Assembly (NCBI RefSeq): GCF_004010195.1
Contig: NC_057719.1
Location: 66,522,066-66,586,065 of the forward strand
Source of the DNA: Chiloscyllium plagiosum
Lineage: Eukaryota
DNA length: 64,000 nucleotides
Direction: 5' to 3'
Positions 52,001 through 62,613 of the stretch are shown piece by piece (positions within the stretch are counted from its first letter, which is position 1; each line of letters opens with the position of its first letter). The notes under the pieces were generated by a model. The model had not been told where the DNA came from and did no database searches. It saw only the letters and a list, made by a program, of their open reading frames with translations. A program made the position numbers and the translations under genes.

Positions 52001-52100
52001 GGGTCGAGATTAGTGTGGTGCTGGAAAAGCACAGCAGGTCAGGCAGCATCCGAGGAGGAGGAAAATCGACGTTTCAGGCAAAAGCCCTTCATCAGGAATA
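52001..52100 (-). mobile_element. Single-arm Penelope terminal-repeat fragment (family A)
   Basis: 14-bp TSD tactgtgagattat at 51987-52000 and 52101-52114. Confidence 0.85.
52068..52095 (-). ncRNA. Minimal hammerhead ribozyme-like motif, core intact
   Basis: The minus strand reads CUGAUGA-A-GGGC-UUUU-GCCU-GAAACGUC. Confidence 0.7.
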
Positions 52101-52819
52101 TACTGTGAGATTATATTAACCAAGAGACGTCTAAGGCCCATAAACATCTTTTTAATCTTTTGGGATGAGTTAGTGGCCTGCCATACTGCAAATTGCTTCT
52201 GGCATGTTTATGGTTTCTAGTCCAAGTATTAGAATTGGCCCAGCTGAGATAAGTGAATTTTGTTTAATAGCTTCAGTCTGAAACTCTGGATTCTCAATTT
52301 TCCTTTTGCGTTGGGCTTTCGGTTTAATTTGACATCCTGGAATGAATGTCATTCCATCATTTAATTCCAAACTTTACTTTCAAGTGCTGCATTTCGGGTC
52401 ACCGTCTTCAGTCATATTTCAGTGGTCTGCAAAGGTCATGATGCTGCACAAAGTCTGTCAGACATTTCACATTCACTTGATACTTGCTATCTGTAGTCAT
52501 CATTCAGATTGTCACAACCATTTCTCAGCTTTATTTCTGATGATGCCTACTTGTTGTATTGTGTCGAGTGACTCATCACAATCATTTGCAAGCATCTCTC
52601 CAGCAGCCAACTTCATGATTTGATTTGCTTCTTTCTGGCTAAGCATTTGCCTATGAAATGATTCAACTTCTTACGTTTAACTCACTGTTTTCCCCTCAGT
52701 GGATGTGCTTTCCTTTCTTTAGGGTGTTGTCCTGAATAATATTTACATTCTTTCTTCTGATCTTAATCTTTTTGCTTGCTTTTCTACAACTATTCCTACA
52801 TTTTCACCAGTGTGTTTTA

Positions 52820-53310
52820 GTTTCATTCAACACAGAAACAGACCCTTCAGTCCAATCCTCCTTGCTGACCAGGTTTCCCAAACTAAACTAGTCCTATTTG
52901 TTTGCCTTTGGCCCATATCCCTCTCAGCCATTCCTATTCATGTACCTCGACAAATGTCTTTTGAATGTTGTAACTGCACATGGATCTTTCACTTCCTCTG
53001 GCAGCTCATTCCATATACATATCACCTCTGTGTGAAAACGTTGCCCCTCGGGTCCCTTTTAAATCTTGCCCCGTTCACCTTAAAATTATGCCCTCCAGTT
53101 TTGAACCCTCCTACCTTAGGGAAAATAACTTTGCTATTCACCTTATCTATGCCCCTCATAATTTTATTAGGTCACCCCTCAACCTCCTACACTCCAGGGA
53201 AAATGTCATAGCCTATCCACCCTTTCCTTATAACTTAAACCCTCCAGACATGGTGACATCCTTGTAAATCTTTTGTGCACTCTTTCCAATTTAATAACAT
53301 CCTTCCTATT
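52820..53310 (-). mobile_element. CR1-type LINE 3' fragment
   Basis: Paralogous to 5407-5701 (gtcacccctcaacctcctacactccagggaaaa; catccttgtaaatctttt). Confidence 0.85.
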
Positions 53311-53439
53311 GTTTTCATTCTGCCTATAAGGCCTTGGCTGTTCTCCCATTAGTTTGCTTCAGCTGCTGATTAATAACCTCAGAGCTTCTGCACATGTCTA
53401 TAGATTTCTTGAGAATAAGTTCTTCTTCTGTCAGTAGAT

Positions 53440-53738
53440 AGTGGCTCAGTGGTTAGCACTGTTGCCTCACAGCACCAGGGTCCCAGGTTTGATTCCAACC
53501 TCGGGCGACTGTGTGGAGTTTGCACATTCTCCTCGTGTCTGTGTGGGTTTTCTCCGGGTGCTCCGGTTTCCTCCCACAGTCCAAAGATGTGCAGGTCAGG
53601 TGAATTGGCCATGCTAAATTGCTCATAGTGTTAGGTGCATTAATCAGAGGGAAATGGGTCTGGGTGGGTTACTCTTTGGAGGATCGGTGTGGACTGGTTG
53701 GGCTGAAGGGCCTATTTCCACACTGTAGGGATCTAATC
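53440..53738 (+). mobile_element. HE1/V-SINE-type SINE
   Basis: gtggctcagtggttagcact head, V domain, cacactgtagggatctaatc tail. Confidence 0.88.
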
Positions 53739-54389
53739 AAATATGCTCCCTCAGCAGGTTTCCTCATGCTTACGACAATTCCCATTGCTGATGAAGGTCA
53801 ACTTTCAGTTTTCTAAATTCACATTACTTAAGTAGATTTATCAGTGCAGTTACATCGATAGTCAATTGTCTCCCTCTTCCCTTGAGTTCTGATGTTGAAC
53901 ACATTCCATTTATAAGTAACATTATTAAGAGGCTTATTGTGTGTGTGTATAGAATTCAACATTTTCTGTTCCTCAGTGGGATTTAATCTGCAATAGAGCT
54001 TCGAGTACCATTACGTTCTCAACAACCCTTAAATGCTCAGTTTTGTTTTAAAAGTTAATTCTGTTGTTATTTCGTATTTTCTCCACTTTCAGTGGCAAGC
54101 CTTCCAGTTCTGTCTTCTCTTCCTTTTACTTCCACAGCACCCAGGAATGGAAATTTCATCCCCATATTGACTCACTCAGTGATTCAAAGTTGTAGACTTT
54201 TTCTTGTAATTCTCCCATGTTATTTCTTTCAGTGGCTTACTCTCCTACAGCCCTGAAGACCCATACATTTTCAGCAGCACCCATTTGACGCCATATTACA
54301 AGTGCTATGTGTTTATTGATTCCCACAGATTGCACACAAATGCACTTACTGCAAAGAGATCAGGTGGTTACAGCAAGGATACAGTAAGG

Positions 54390-55453
54390 TTAACCCACGT
54401 GGTTAAAGATGCCCTCCAATGCATCTCATCCACATCCCGCACCTCCGCCCTCAGATCCCACCCCTCCAACCGTAACAAGGACAGAACCCCCTGGTGCTCA
54501 CCTTCCACCCTACCAACCTTTGCATGAACCAAATCATCCAACGACATTTCCGCCAACTCCAAACGGACCCCATCGCCAGGGGTATATTTTCCTCCCCACC
54601 CTTTTCTGCCTTCCGCAAAAACCAGTCCCTCTGTGACTACCTGGTCAAGTCCACGCCCCCCAACAACCCACCTTCCCGTCCTGGCACCTTCCCCTGCCAC
54701 TGTAGGAATTGCAAAACCTGCGCCTGCACCTCCTCCCTCACCTCCATCCAAGGCCCCAAAGGAGCCTTCCACATCAATCAAAGTTTTACCTGCACATCCA
54801 CCAATATAATTTATTGTATCCGTTGCTCCCGATGCGGTCTCCTCTACACTGGGGAGACTGGATGCCTTCTAGCAGAGCGCTTTAGGGAACATCTCCGGGA
54901 CACACACACCAATCAACCCCACCGCCCTGTGGCCCAACGTTTCAACCCCCCCCCCCCCCACTCTGTTGAGGACATGGAGGTCCTATGCCTCCTTCACCTC
55001 CGCACCCTCACCACCTGATGCCTGGAGGAAGAACACCTCATCTTCCGCCTCGGAACACTTCAACCCCAGGGCATCAAGTGGACTTCACCAGTTTCCTCAT
55101 TTCCCCTTCCCCCACCTCACCCCAGTTCCAACCTTCCAGCTCAGCACCACCCTCATGACCTATCCTACCTGCCTATCTTCCTTCCCACCTATCCACTCCA
55201 CCCTCCTCTCTGACCTATCACCTTCATCCCCACCCCATTCACCCATTGTACTCTATGCTACTTTCTCCCTGTCCCCACCCTCCTCTCATTTATCTCTCCA
55301 CCCTGCAGGCACTCTGCCTCTATTCCTGATGAAGGGCTTTTGCCCGAAACGTCGATTTTCATGCTCCTCAGATGCTGCCTGACCAGCTGTGCTTTTCCAG
55401 TACCACTCTAATCTAGAATCTGGTTTCCATCATCTGCAGTCCTTATTTTTACC
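54390..55453 (+). mobile_element. Penelope-like (Neptune-type, family A) 5'-truncated copy with Cys-rich linker, GIY-YIG endonuclease and terminal repeat
   Basis: ORF PCHCRNCKTC...NIIYCIRCSRCGLLYTGETG..LAERFREHL. TSD tacagtaagg at 54380-54389 and 55454-55463. Confidence 0.9.
55326..55353 (+). ncRNA. Minimal type I hammerhead ribozyme-like motif, core intact, sense to FMN1
   Basis: tc-CTGATGA-a-GGGC-TTTT-GCCC-GAAACGTC-ga. Confidence 0.75.
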
Positions 55454-56074
55454 TACAGTAAGGGCAGCCAATATAACAAGGACAATTTTGTCTTTCTGCA
55501 AACAATACCAATGTTAAGATATTCAGTCTATTCTAGTTAATCAATATTTTAATGGATTGTAATCTGACATGATTTGTTGCTTTTAAATATGTGTTGAGAT
55601 GGGAGTCAGTGGTAGGAAAGTGGAATGACAGTGGAGAGCATGAAAGGAAATCACTACCAGTAATTCGGAGAACACTGGGCTCATTATATATAATAGAACA
55701 ATTATCTAGTTACGAAACAATAATTTCTCAATGATTGAACTTATTGTTTAAAATAGACAAGACAATCTTTAATAATCTTATAATATTTAGAGTACTCTCT
55801 TCCATTGTTGTGAAATTGCTTGGCTAATTTCACACCATCCTAGATTGTGGGTGGGAGTGACTGGTATTCTTAATCATAGAGGTAAGCATTACAAAATTCT
55901 TATCATAAAATGAAATGTATGTTTGCTTCAGGTATCTTCTGAAATGAAGTGTGTGCCTAAAGACCCTGCTTTAATACAAAATTGGTTCAGATATTGGACA
56001 AACAATGAACTTTACCTATTTGTTCCTGTCCTAAAGTGTTGTATGATTATTTTAACCATGTCCCTGTGTTACAG

Positions 56075-56163
56075 AGAGCTCAGGAGGATGAACTGACAGT
56101 GATTCACAAATATTATGAGAAGTCAAAAGAGGAAGAAATAAAGCTCCTGGATAAGCCAGAGCA
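56075..56163 (+). CDS. FMN1: Formin-1 FH2 exon, 89 nt ([29 protein letters not shown]); not in ORF track
   Basis: Acceptor gtgttacAG|AGA (phase 0) and donor GAGCA|GTAAGC (phase 2). [24 protein letters not shown] is FMN1-type rather than FMN2-type as recalled. Confidence 0.95.
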
Positions 56164-57855
56164 GTAAGCAATTTACTTTTGATATACTAGTTAAAACAGT
56201 GTTGAAATTCTGTACTTTCAGCAGCGAGCTGCATTTATGAAGAGCATGGGTTAGAGAGTTGGGTGACAATATGGTAATGCCTTCTGTACTCTGTGCAGGT
56301 AAAACTTTCACACTGGCTTAACAAGAACATAGCTTGTATGTGATCATCAATTGTATTGTTGAATTGTGAGAATAAAATATTTAATGTCCACTTCCATGCT
56401 TTTGAGCAAAATAAAAATAAAATATGATATTCAGTACACAAAAGTTAAAGGATATCAGTTAGTAGTAATGTTGGGTTAAAAAAAGCTTAGTTAAGTTTCA
56501 GATTACTTCACCAAACACTGTACGATGTTTTTGTGATGGGTGTGATTATACAAAGACATTATTTTACTCAGCATAATAATATTGCCTTTAAAAACATTAA
56601 CCATTTAATATAACTTGCTTTAACACATCGATTTTTATTTTAGTATTAGCTTATGACATGTCAAAGTCTAAGCATATTTATCTTGATACTAAATCGTATT
56701 GAGTTTTGCACCATGTAATTTTCTCAATGATTCTCTTTCTCAACCTTTCCCTTTGCCTGAGGTGTGGTGATCCTCAGGGTAGAGCACCACTGGTAGTCAC
56801 ACTCTAATGAGAGAGCAGACTGGTAGGACCATGGTGACTTGGCCTTTTCAATTATTGACTATTCGCGCCACAAACAAATTGTGTCAATTTTTTAAAAAGA
56901 AATATTCTGCATCGATTAGCCTGCTTGACGATAAACAATCATAGCTTTGTCTTAAAAATTACCTCAGTTGGGACAGTTGATGTTATGCTCCCTTGTGTAC
57001 AAAGTGTAGTCATTCAGCAATTATCCAAAATTCATAATTTTATTTTTGACTACGCTACTTTAAAAAAAAACTATTTTTCTTCTCGTTGGAATCATCTCAA
57101 ACTACTGCCTTGCCCTTGATTACATGAGGGAGTGATCAGCGAACCACATGTTTTTTTCATGTGAGAATTCTTATAGTGAAAATTATTTGTGTAACTAGTG
57201 TTCACCAGATCAATTATGCACAAAGAATAATTTTGAAGAGCTAAGCTTCCTGTTTTAAAATCATTGTTTTCCACAAGTTCCAAAGGATGCGATATGTCTT
57301 GCTTTCCTGTTGAATCTATCCCTGGCCCTATGAAAATTTCACAGAGCAAACATTTTCCTCTTTTCATATAATTTTTGCTGCTGTTCAGATATTTTAATTC
57401 TCTGCTCTGTAATTTGCTGGCAGGCATCATCAGGCCTCAAGTTGGGGTTTGAGTGTGCAACAGTAGCAAAGACAAGGAGCGAATTGAGGCGAAGGTGAAA
57501 CAAGGAAGTTGGGAACAAGGGTCTGAGTTGGGCCTTTATGCTTGTGTAGTCAGAAGGATAGAGCAGGGTGCTCCCAGGCTAAGCAGGAAGACAACTGGTA
57601 AGGTTTGGGTTGAACATCGAGTAGGAGCAGACATGGAATGTCTTGATTAAGAAGAACGGAATTTAAAAGATTTCAATAATCAGTTTCTACTCATGATCAT
57701 AAACCTGTGGATAAAACTTAAAACTAAATTGTCAACAACTGCCCAGCCAAGTCAACTGAAGTCCAAAAGTTAAAATGTGAATGATCCTTGTAGCAACAAC
57801 CTGAAAAAAAAATCTCCGAGAACTTTCACAAAAGTTGCTCATGTGACAAAAATAT

Positions 57856-58160
57856 TTTGAATATTGCTGAAAAGAAAGGTATGTTGCCAGAGCTTTTGGT
57901 TTTGCACTCAGTGGAATAAATGCGAAAAATTATAAATTTCAAAACATTTTGCACTTCATGGGAAAGAGTGTTCTAGTTGTTCCCATGGAGAACCAGGGAG
58001 TAATACCTCACCATATTCAATTTGTCAACAAATCAGCATCTGTCTTCTCCTGTAATATAATTCAATATGATGGTTTCAAACTTGGCATTCTTGCATTTGT
58101 CCTGATGAACACAAAGTAGAATGCTTCGGCAACACGACTATTTTCAGTAACATTTGAGTT
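57856..58160. mobile_element. Old degenerate fold-back element with a CTGATGA box; probably a further Penelope terminal-repeat family
   Basis: 57856-57945 aligns with the reverse complement of 58071-58160 (tattgctgaaaa..atgttgccagagc / tgttactgaaaa..gtgttgccgaagc). CTGATGA is at 58102-58108. Confidence 0.5.
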
Positions 58161-59525
58161 CATGAGCAAAAGAAAATATTTTAAGCACTTCTGGGATGAA
58201 CAAACTTTTCAATCTTTCAGGATGATCTTGAAGCCTCTGGAAAATGAAGATTATTCTCCTGAATGTTGCAATTTATGTTTTTTTTTTAAAAGATCTTAGA
58301 ACCTTTTCTTTCTTGTGACTGACCAAGAAGGCAGTGACATAGTCATGTGAAGGAAATAATGGGAATGATAGCAGACAAGAGTTTGGGAAGCTTACATTAG
58401 AAAGAATTCCAAATATGAAGCTGACATCCATGACTATGCAAACAAAGTTAAGTGTCCCCGTGAACACATCTTCTTTGTAGGTACAAATTAACTAAAGAAA
58501 CAGTGGCATGCTACTGAATTGAAATTGAAACAATTTCACCAATTTCATCATGAATTAGCTGAAATGTGTTCATGGCAAATTCAGAATTTAGTGAAGCAGA
58601 TTTCTCTGAGATATGCAAAGTGTGTCCCTACATAAAGTTAACCTTAATTCTCCCAGAAATTTGACAAGAAGTAATGACATTGGGACAACTGGGACTCACT
58701 TTCACAGTGTGCCAAGTTTCCAGTGGTATTTCCAGGACTAGCAACGTTGTGATTTGGAGGCACCAGTCTTGGGGAAATGACGTGCAGTAGAATAGGTTTA
58801 TTTGTTTTCTTCTGGAGACATCAGGAGGAGTACTGCTGCTGCTTCTGACATCAAAAGGCTTTTAATGAACAGCCGTTTTCTGAATTGCTGATGGGGCTGC
58901 TGAAGACACAGAAATGCAAGTAAGCTGCAAAACCTGATGAGGACAAACAAATATTGGGATAGTTGTTCATTTGGACCATTTATTTGGACCATCCAGGTCC
59001 AAGATGAGACTTATTTCAAGATTGAAATGAAGTTGGAGTTCACAACTGGTGGCCACCAGGAGCCCATTAATAAAAGACACCAACTAATTTAACAGTGGCC
59101 TGAATACCCCTGTGGATCGGAAATGAGCCCCTGCCTGCTAAATTAATTTTAGGCCCATAAAAGCAGGCACAACAATGTTAAATTTAGTTCCATATAGTGA
59201 TCAATCAATCACAATAAAGGGTATGGGTATGAAATTACCAATATAAAGGCAACTAACTTTTAGCTACTTGTTGCACAACAGCTTGAATTAATCAGGGCAC
59301 AGGCTTTCACTCATTCTTTAATAATTAGTCCATCTTTACTCTGCTGAGTTAGTGATTGCAGCATTTAGAACCTCGCTTCTTGGAATTCAAAATCAAAGAT
59401 GTATACTTAACAGCCTTGATAAAATATTAATGTCATTGCTTTTCTTACACTGTATTTACGAGTCAATTTGTAAAAAAAATCTAAATCCCTTTATCTGACA
59501 CAAGTCACTTCTCACTTTTCAATAG

Positions 59526-59655
59526 GTTCTTGTATGAGTTATCACAGATACCTAACTTCGCTGAACGCACCCACTGTATCATATTCCAGTCTGTTTTCAT
59601 GGAAGGAATTTCCACAATACGACGCAAAGCAGGGAATGTTCTCCACCTTAGCAAG
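59526..59655 (+). CDS. FMN1: Formin-1 FH2 exon, 130 nt ([44 protein letters not shown]); not in ORF track in this frame
   Basis: Acceptor cttttcaatAG|G completes CA+G (Gln). Donor AAG|GTatga is phase 0. The [16 protein letters not shown] pattern continues FH2. Confidence 0.95.
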
Positions 59656-60054
59656 GTATGATTATCGTAGTGAATCCAAAAATATTGACTTGCCCTCAAC
59701 CACCTGCTCAGATCTGTTTTATTTTATTTGGTTTTGAATTGAGGCTGACAATGATGCAAATATATTTGTTGCCCGTCTCTAGCTACAGGTGATGGTAGTG
59801 CATATTTGTGAACTACTGCAGCCCATCTCATAATGTTATTTCACTTTATATTTCAGTTTTTCATGAAATATAAGGATTTAGAAGAACTATACACACTTCT
59901 ATGCAAACTGTGTTGAAAGTTCTTTTTGCAGGAAACACATGTTGTCGATAAAAGAGAACCAATTGATATAATTATTGACTTCCAGAAAGCATTTGATAGA
60001 GTGTTACATCAAAGCTTACAGTGGAAAATCGAAGGTCATGCTGTCATCTGGTTT

Positions 60055-60610
60055 AGAATACTCCCACATTGCCTGGATGGGTGCAGCTCCAACAACACTC
60101 TAGAAGCTTGACACCATCTCGGACAAAACGGCTCACTTGATTGGCACCTCATCTATTCTCTTCACCACCAACACTCAGTAGCAGCAATGTGTATTATCTA
60201 CAAGATGCACTGCAGAAATTCACTAAAGATCCTTAGACAGCACCTTCCAAATCCACAACCACTTCCATACTTAACAGCCTTGATAAAATATTAATGTCAT
60301 TGCTTTTCTTACACTGTATTTACGAGTCAATATAGAAGGACAAGGGCAGAAGATACATTGGAACACCACCACCTGCACATTCCCCTCCAAGCCACTTAGT
60401 ATCCTATCATGGAAATATATTTCCGTTCCTTCGTTGCTGGATCAAATGCTGGAATTCCCTCCCTGAAGGCATTGTGGGTCAACCTACAGCAGGTGGACTG
60501 CAGTGGTTCAAGAAAGCAGCTCACCACGACCTACTCAAGGGCAACTAGAGATGGGCAGTAAGCTGCTGGCCAGTCAGCGATGACCAAATCCCATGAGTGA
60601 ATGAAAATAA
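60055..60610 (+). mobile_element. CR1/L2-like LINE 3' end, interrupted by a 65-bp local duplication
   Basis: Paralogous to 49165-49230, 42620-42665 and 27385-27445; ends in atcccatgagtgaatgaaaataaa. Confidence 0.7.
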
Positions 60611-60677
60611 AGTGTAGAACAGTTGGTCCATCTGATGCTCTTTCTCACAGCAGTCAGTTGGATTCTATAATTTAAAC

Positions 60678-60889
60678 TGAGCTGAAAATGTGTTGCTGGA
60701 AAAGCGGAGCAGGTCAGGCAGCATCCAGGGAACAGGAGAATCGATGTTTCGGGCATAAGCCCTTCTTATGAAGGGCTTATGCCCGAAACGTCGATTCTCC
60801 TGTTCCCTGGATGCTGCCTGACCTGCTGCGCTTTTCCAGCAACACATTTTCAGCTCTGATCTCCAGCATCTGCAGACCTCACTTTCTCC
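60678..60889. mobile_element. Fold-back Penelope terminal-repeat mini-element (family A)
   Basis: Near-perfect ~87-bp arms around cccttc-ttat-gaaggg. The sense arm has CTTATGA-agggcttatgccc-GAAACGTC. 15-bp TSD ttctataatttaaac at 60663-60677 and 60890-60904. Confidence 0.9.
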
Positions 60890-61448
60890 TTCTATAATTT
60901 AAACACAGGCAACACTTTTCCAGCTGCTGTCAAAGGCTAAGTGTGAGGGTAGGATGCCAGGTAGGTATGGGTGCAATGTGCCAGGTAAGTCAGTGGTAGA
61001 TGGGTAGGGTGCCAGGTGGGAAAGAGATATGATATCAGGTGAGTAAGATTCTGGGCCAAGTTTTGAAGAGGCTGGGTAAGTGATGGCATGTTTAAGATTG
61101 TGTGAGGTAGATGAGAAATATTGAGTCGAGTGGGTCAGGGTTCTAATGAGGTGGCAGAGCGTGGGGGGGGGGGTGGTTGTGTCCAGTGGTAGGGAAGAGA
61201 GGAGTGTCCGATTCCGTAAAGGGAGCGGTATCATGTCACATAGAAAGGATGTGTTCACGACTGATGCTGGTGCTCACAGCAGAGAGGAGGGAAGTTGAGT
61301 TTGGATGGGAGGGGGTAAGTTTGAAGGGAGGCTTAGGGGACATGAATCCAGTGGTGGGTCAGGCAGAGTGGGGACCAACAGTGCGTGGGGTCAGGTCTTG
61401 AAATGGGCAAAGGTGACCGACAGGTTTGTAGGGGTGCAGCAAGAGGTA

Positions 61449-62613
61449 AGAGTCGAAAAATGTGGTGCTGGAAATAGCACAGCAGGTCAGGCAACAACCG
61501 AGGAGCAGGGGAGTCGATATTTCGGGCATTAGCCCTTCATCAGGAATGTGGAGGGGGAAGGGGGCTGAGAGATAAGTAGTAGTGTGGGGACGGGGCTGAA
61601 GAAAAGTAGGTGCACCTCTGCTCTGTACCTCCCCCAACCGCAACCACAATGAAGGTAGATCCCCCCGGTCCTAACATTCCACCCCATGAATCTCCAGATA
61701 CAGTGCATTATACCCTGCCATTTTTCCCACCTACAGTCAGACCCCACCAACAGAGATATATTTCCTTCCCCACCCCTATCTGCATTCTGCAGAGACTATT
61801 CTCTCTGTGACTCCCTCGTTAGACCCACCCTCCACTCCTAGCACCTTCCCTTGCTGCTGCACGAATTGCAAAACCTGTGCCCATACCTCCTCCCTCAGCT
61901 CCGTCCAAGTCCCCAAAAGATCATTTCATATCCAGCGGAGATTTTCCTTCACATCCTCCCACCTCATTTACTGCATCTGTTGCTCTTGATGTGGTCTTCT
62001 CTACATCGGAGACACTGAGCTCCGACTCAATGGTTCAGGGAGCATCTCTGGTCCCCTCTGGTGGGGTCCCCTATACCCCACTGCCCTGTGGCCAACAACT
62101 TCAACTTCCCCTCCCACTCCCCCAAGGACATGCAAATCCTGGACTTCCTCCACCACCAAATTAAAGCCACCCGCAAACTGGAAGAAGAACGCCTCATCTT
62201 CTGCCTTGGGACCCTACAACCCCAAGGCATCAACACTGACCACCAGTTTCCAAATCTTCCCAGCTCCCCACCTCATCCCAGATCCAACCCTCCAACTTGG
62301 CACCTCCCTCTTGATCTGACCTACCTGTCTATCTTCCTTCCCACCTATCCGCTCCCCACCAACCTATCACAATCACCTCCTACCTGCATCTATCTATCTC
62401 CATCCCATCTACCTTCTGCCCCAGCCTCACCCACAGGACCACCCTCCCATTTATATCTCAGCCCTCTTGCCCACCACCCAACATTCCTGTTGAAGGGTTA
62501 AACCCAAAACATCAACTCTCTTGCTCCTCGGAAGCTGCCTAACCTGTTGTGCTTTTTCCAGTGCCACATGTTATCGACTCTGACCCACCAGCATCTGCAG
62601 TCCTCACTTCCTC
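61449..62613. mobile_element. Penelope-like (family A) copy: inverted terminal-repeat arm (61449-61612, minus) joined to a degenerate plus-strand body
   Basis: The body encodes FPCCCTNCKTCAHT..HLIYCICCS and KLEEERLIFCLGTLQPQGIN. Both ends carry the terminal repeat; no clear TSD. Confidence 0.85.
61516..61543 (-). ncRNA. Minimal hammerhead-like motif variant
   Basis: The minus strand reads CUGAUGA-A-GGGC-UAAU-GCCC-GAAAUAUC. Confidence 0.55.

Noticed and set aside
53788..53810. Isolated CTGATGAAGG as a hammerhead or C/D-box RNA
   Set aside because: No stem II or GAAA box follows, and there is no partner box or terminal stem.
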